Shown here one piece after another: positions 61,873 to 64,000 of a stretch of 64,000 bases of DNA. The notes under the pieces were generated by a model. That model did not search any database. It saw nothing but the letters and a program-made list of their open reading frames with translations, and was not told the DNA's origin. The first letter of the stretch is position 1. Each line of letters begins with the position of its first letter. The stretch lies in the NCBI RefSeq assembly GCF_013167455.1, contig NZ_CP038328.1. One strand, written 5' to 3'. Position numbers and translations under genes: made by a program. The DNA is from Escherichia coli O157:H7 (GTDB taxonomy: Bacteria; Pseudomonadota; Gammaproteobacteria; Enterobacterales; Enterobacteriaceae).

Positions 61873-62493
61873 TTAGTTCATCCAGCGATCTTTGCGTTTG
61901 CGGCTTGGGATCAGGTGCGGCAGTACCAGACCGAGCAGCAAGCCAAGCCCCAGCACGCCGCCGCCATACATAAACCATTGCATGATGATGGTGCGCTGTT
62001 TGTCATCCAGCTGCACGCTGGCGGCATCGACCTTTTTCTGCGCGACAATCAGCTCGTTTTTCAGTTTCTGATTTTCTTCTTTTAACCCGTTGATCACGCT
62101 GTCGCTCTGCGCCACTTTTTGCTGCATTTCTGCGGTGCGCTGATTCCAGGTGTTATCGATATTGGTGAGTTTATCGGTCAGGGTTTTGACCTGATTTTCC
62201 AGATCTGGCACACGGGAGCGCAGGCTTGGCTCAGTGCTAAGTTGTTTCAACGGGATCCAGGCGGTACGGCCAGAGCTGTCTTTCACCTGGGCATAATTGG
62301 TGTTGGCGTCAGTTTGTAATAAGGTCACTTCCTCGCCGGCGTTAACCGTGCCCACGAGGCGATAATGATCTCCCGGACCGCTACGGACCCAGGTATTCAG
62401 TTCGTCAGAAACATAGCGCGTTTCTTCAGCGTGTGAGACGGCAGTCGCGCTAAGTGCGAGTAAAGTTAATCCGATCAGGCGTAATTTTGGCAT
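61873..62493 (-). CDS. ygiM: SH3-domain membrane protein YgiM
   Basis: 206 aa; signal peptide, coiled-coil region and C-terminal TM segment. Confidence 0.85.
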   Translation of the reverse strand: MPKLRLIGLTLLALSATAVSHAEETRYVSDELNTWVRSGPGDHYRLVGTVNAGEEVTLLQTDANTNYAQVKDSSGRTAWIPLKQLSTEPSLRSRVPDLENQVKTLTDKLTNIDNTWNQRTAEMQQKVAQSDSVINGLKEENQKLKNELIVAQKKVDAASVQLDDKQRTIIMQWFMYGGGVLGLGLLLGLVLPHLIPSRKRKDRWMN

Positions 62494-62734
62494 CAGGCTG
62501 TCGTTATTGTCATGGAAAGTGGAACGATAGTAGTGGCATCAGTGTCGCTACGCAAAGCATTCGACATCAATCGGAATCCTCTGTGTCAGGTCTTGCCACT
62601 GCTTCAAACTTTTACGCCCGTCAAATTGCCCGTTGCATGGCAATTTGGCGCAAAATACTATCTACTGACAAAAAAGATCGCATTAAGTTCGCCGTTCATC
62701 GTCACTTATGTGACATAACCGATAAGTAAAGGCC

Positions 62735-64000
62735 ATGGCTCAGGAAATCGAATTAAAGTTTATTGTTAATCACAGCGCCGTTGAGGCGTTGCGTGACCAT
62801 CTCAATACGCTGGGCGGCGAGCACCATGACCCCGTGCAGTTACTGAATATTTACTACGAAACGCCGGATAACTGGCTGCGTGGGCACGATATGGGCTTAC
62901 GTATTCGTGGCGAAAACGGTCGCTATGAGATGACCATGAAAGTTGCAGGAAGAGTGACAGGCGGCTTACACCAGCGCCCGGAATATAACGTGGCGTTGAG
63001 CGAACCGACGCTCGACCTGGCGCAGTTACCGACGGAAGTCTGGCCGAACGGCGAATTGCCCGCCGATCTCGCTTCCCGCGTACAACCGCTGTTCAGCACC
63101 GATTTTTATCGCGAAAAATGGCTGGTGGCGGTCGATGGCAGCCGAATTGAAATCGCTCTCGATCAGGGTGAGGTGAAAGCGGGGGAATTTGCTGAACCTA
63201 TCTGTGAGCTGGAACTGGAGCTGCTTAGCGGCGACACGCGCGCGGTGCTGAAACTGGCGAACCAACTGGTATCGCAAACCGGATTACGCCAGGGCAGCCT
63301 GAGCAAAGCGGCGCGTGGCTATCATCTGGCGCAGGGCAATCCGGCGCGTGAAATCAAACCGACCACCATTTTGCATGTTGCGGCAAAAGCCGATGTGGAA
63401 CAGGGGCTGGAAGCGGCGCTCGAGCTGGCGTTAGCGCAATGGCAGTATCATGAAGAACTGTGGGTACGCGGCAACGATGCGGCGAAAGAACAGGTGCTGG
63501 CAGCCATTAGCTTGGTCCGTCATACGCTGATGCTGTTCGGTGGTATTGTGCCGCGTAAAGCGAGCACTCACTTACGTGATTTGCTGACCCAATGCGAAGC
63601 GACCATTGCTTCTGCGGTTTCTGCCGTGACGGCGGTCTACTCTACCGAAACGGCAATGGCGAAGCTGGCGTTGACCGAATGGTTGGTAAGCAAAGCATGG
63701 CAGCCATTTTTAGATGCCAAAGCGCAGGGCAAAATCAGCGACTCCTTCAAACGCTTTGCCGATATCCATCTTTCCCGCCATGCCGCTGAACTGAAAAGCG
63801 TTTTCTGCCAGCCGTTAGGCGATCGCTACCGTGACCAGTTGCCACGCCTGACGCGTGATATTGACTCAATACTGTTGCTGGCGGGTTACTATGATCCTGT
63901 CGTCGCGCAAGCCTGGCTGGAGAACTGGCAGGGGCTGCATCACGCTATTGCGACCGGGCAACGCATCGAAATTGAACATTTCCGTAATGAGGCAAACAAT
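62735..64000 (+). CDS. ygiF: CYTH-domain inorganic triphosphatase YgiF (3' truncated by window edge)
   Basis: ATG at 62735 (MAQEIELKFIVNHSAVEALRDHL...); open frame continues to the window end; absent from the ORF track because no stop codon lies in the window. Confidence 0.85.
   Translation, partial: MAQEIELKFIVNHSAVEALRDHLNTLGGEHHDPVQLLNIYYETPDNWLRGHDMGLRIRGENGRYEMTMKVAGRVTGGLHQRPEYNVALSEPTLDLAQLPTEVWPNGELPADLASRVQPLFSTDFYREKWLVAVDGSRIEIALDQGEVKAGEFAEPICELELELLSGDTRAVLKLANQLVSQTGLRQGSLSKAARGYHLAQGNPAREIKPTTILHVAAKADVEQGLEAALELALAQWQYHEELWVRGNDAAKEQVLAAISLVRHTLMLFGGIVPRKASTHLRDLLTQCEATIASAVSAVTAVYSTETAMAKLALTEWLVSKAWQPFLDAKAQGKISDSFKRFADIHLSRHAAELKSVFCQPLGDRYRDQLPRLTRDIDSILLLAGYYDPVVAQAWLENWQGLHHAIATGQRIEIEHFRNEANN

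Noticed and set aside
63026-63277. 83-aa minus-strand ORF
   Set aside because: Antisense to the clearly coding ygiF frame

Overview
This window reads as ordinary, well-characterised Escherichia coli K-12-type core chromosome, not an accessory island, and I found no evidence of a novel or undescribed system. It is colinear, in reverse orientation, with the K-12 segment running from tdcD to ygiF. Gene identities are recognised from memory of K-12 gene order, protein lengths and N-terminal sequences; no database search was run. Content in order: tdcDEFG (5' truncated tdcD), yhaO-yhaM (cyuPA), yhaL, yhaK, yhaJ, yhaI, yhaH, yqjG, yqjF, yqjK-E-D-C, mzrA, yqjA, exuR, exuT, uxaC-uxaA, ygjV, sstT, alx with its leader, ygjR, ygjQ, ygjP, rlmG, higB-higA, fadH, a 4x100-bp tandem BIME array, ygjK-ygjJ-ygjI, ebgC-ebgA-ebgR, ygjH, patA, aer, yqjI, yqjH, tRNA-Ile(CAU) ileX, mug, rpoD-dnaG-rpsU, tsaD, ttdT-ttdB-ttdA, ttdR, plsY, folB, uppP, cca, ygiM and 3' truncated ygiF. 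Every gene length matches the K-12 protein once N-terminal over-extensions in the ORF track are trimmed, and no integrase, transposase, phage gene or CRISPR array is present. Many long ORFs in the track are antisense shadows of real genes. The most under-explored pieces are ygjI-ygjJ-ygjK, the yqjCDEK operon and the yhaI/yhaH paralogue pair. The more unusual sequence-level features are the tandem BIME array, a GC-rich multi-hairpin repeat between sstT and alx, the alx leader element, and duplicated palindromes in the higBA and yqjI-yqjH control regions.
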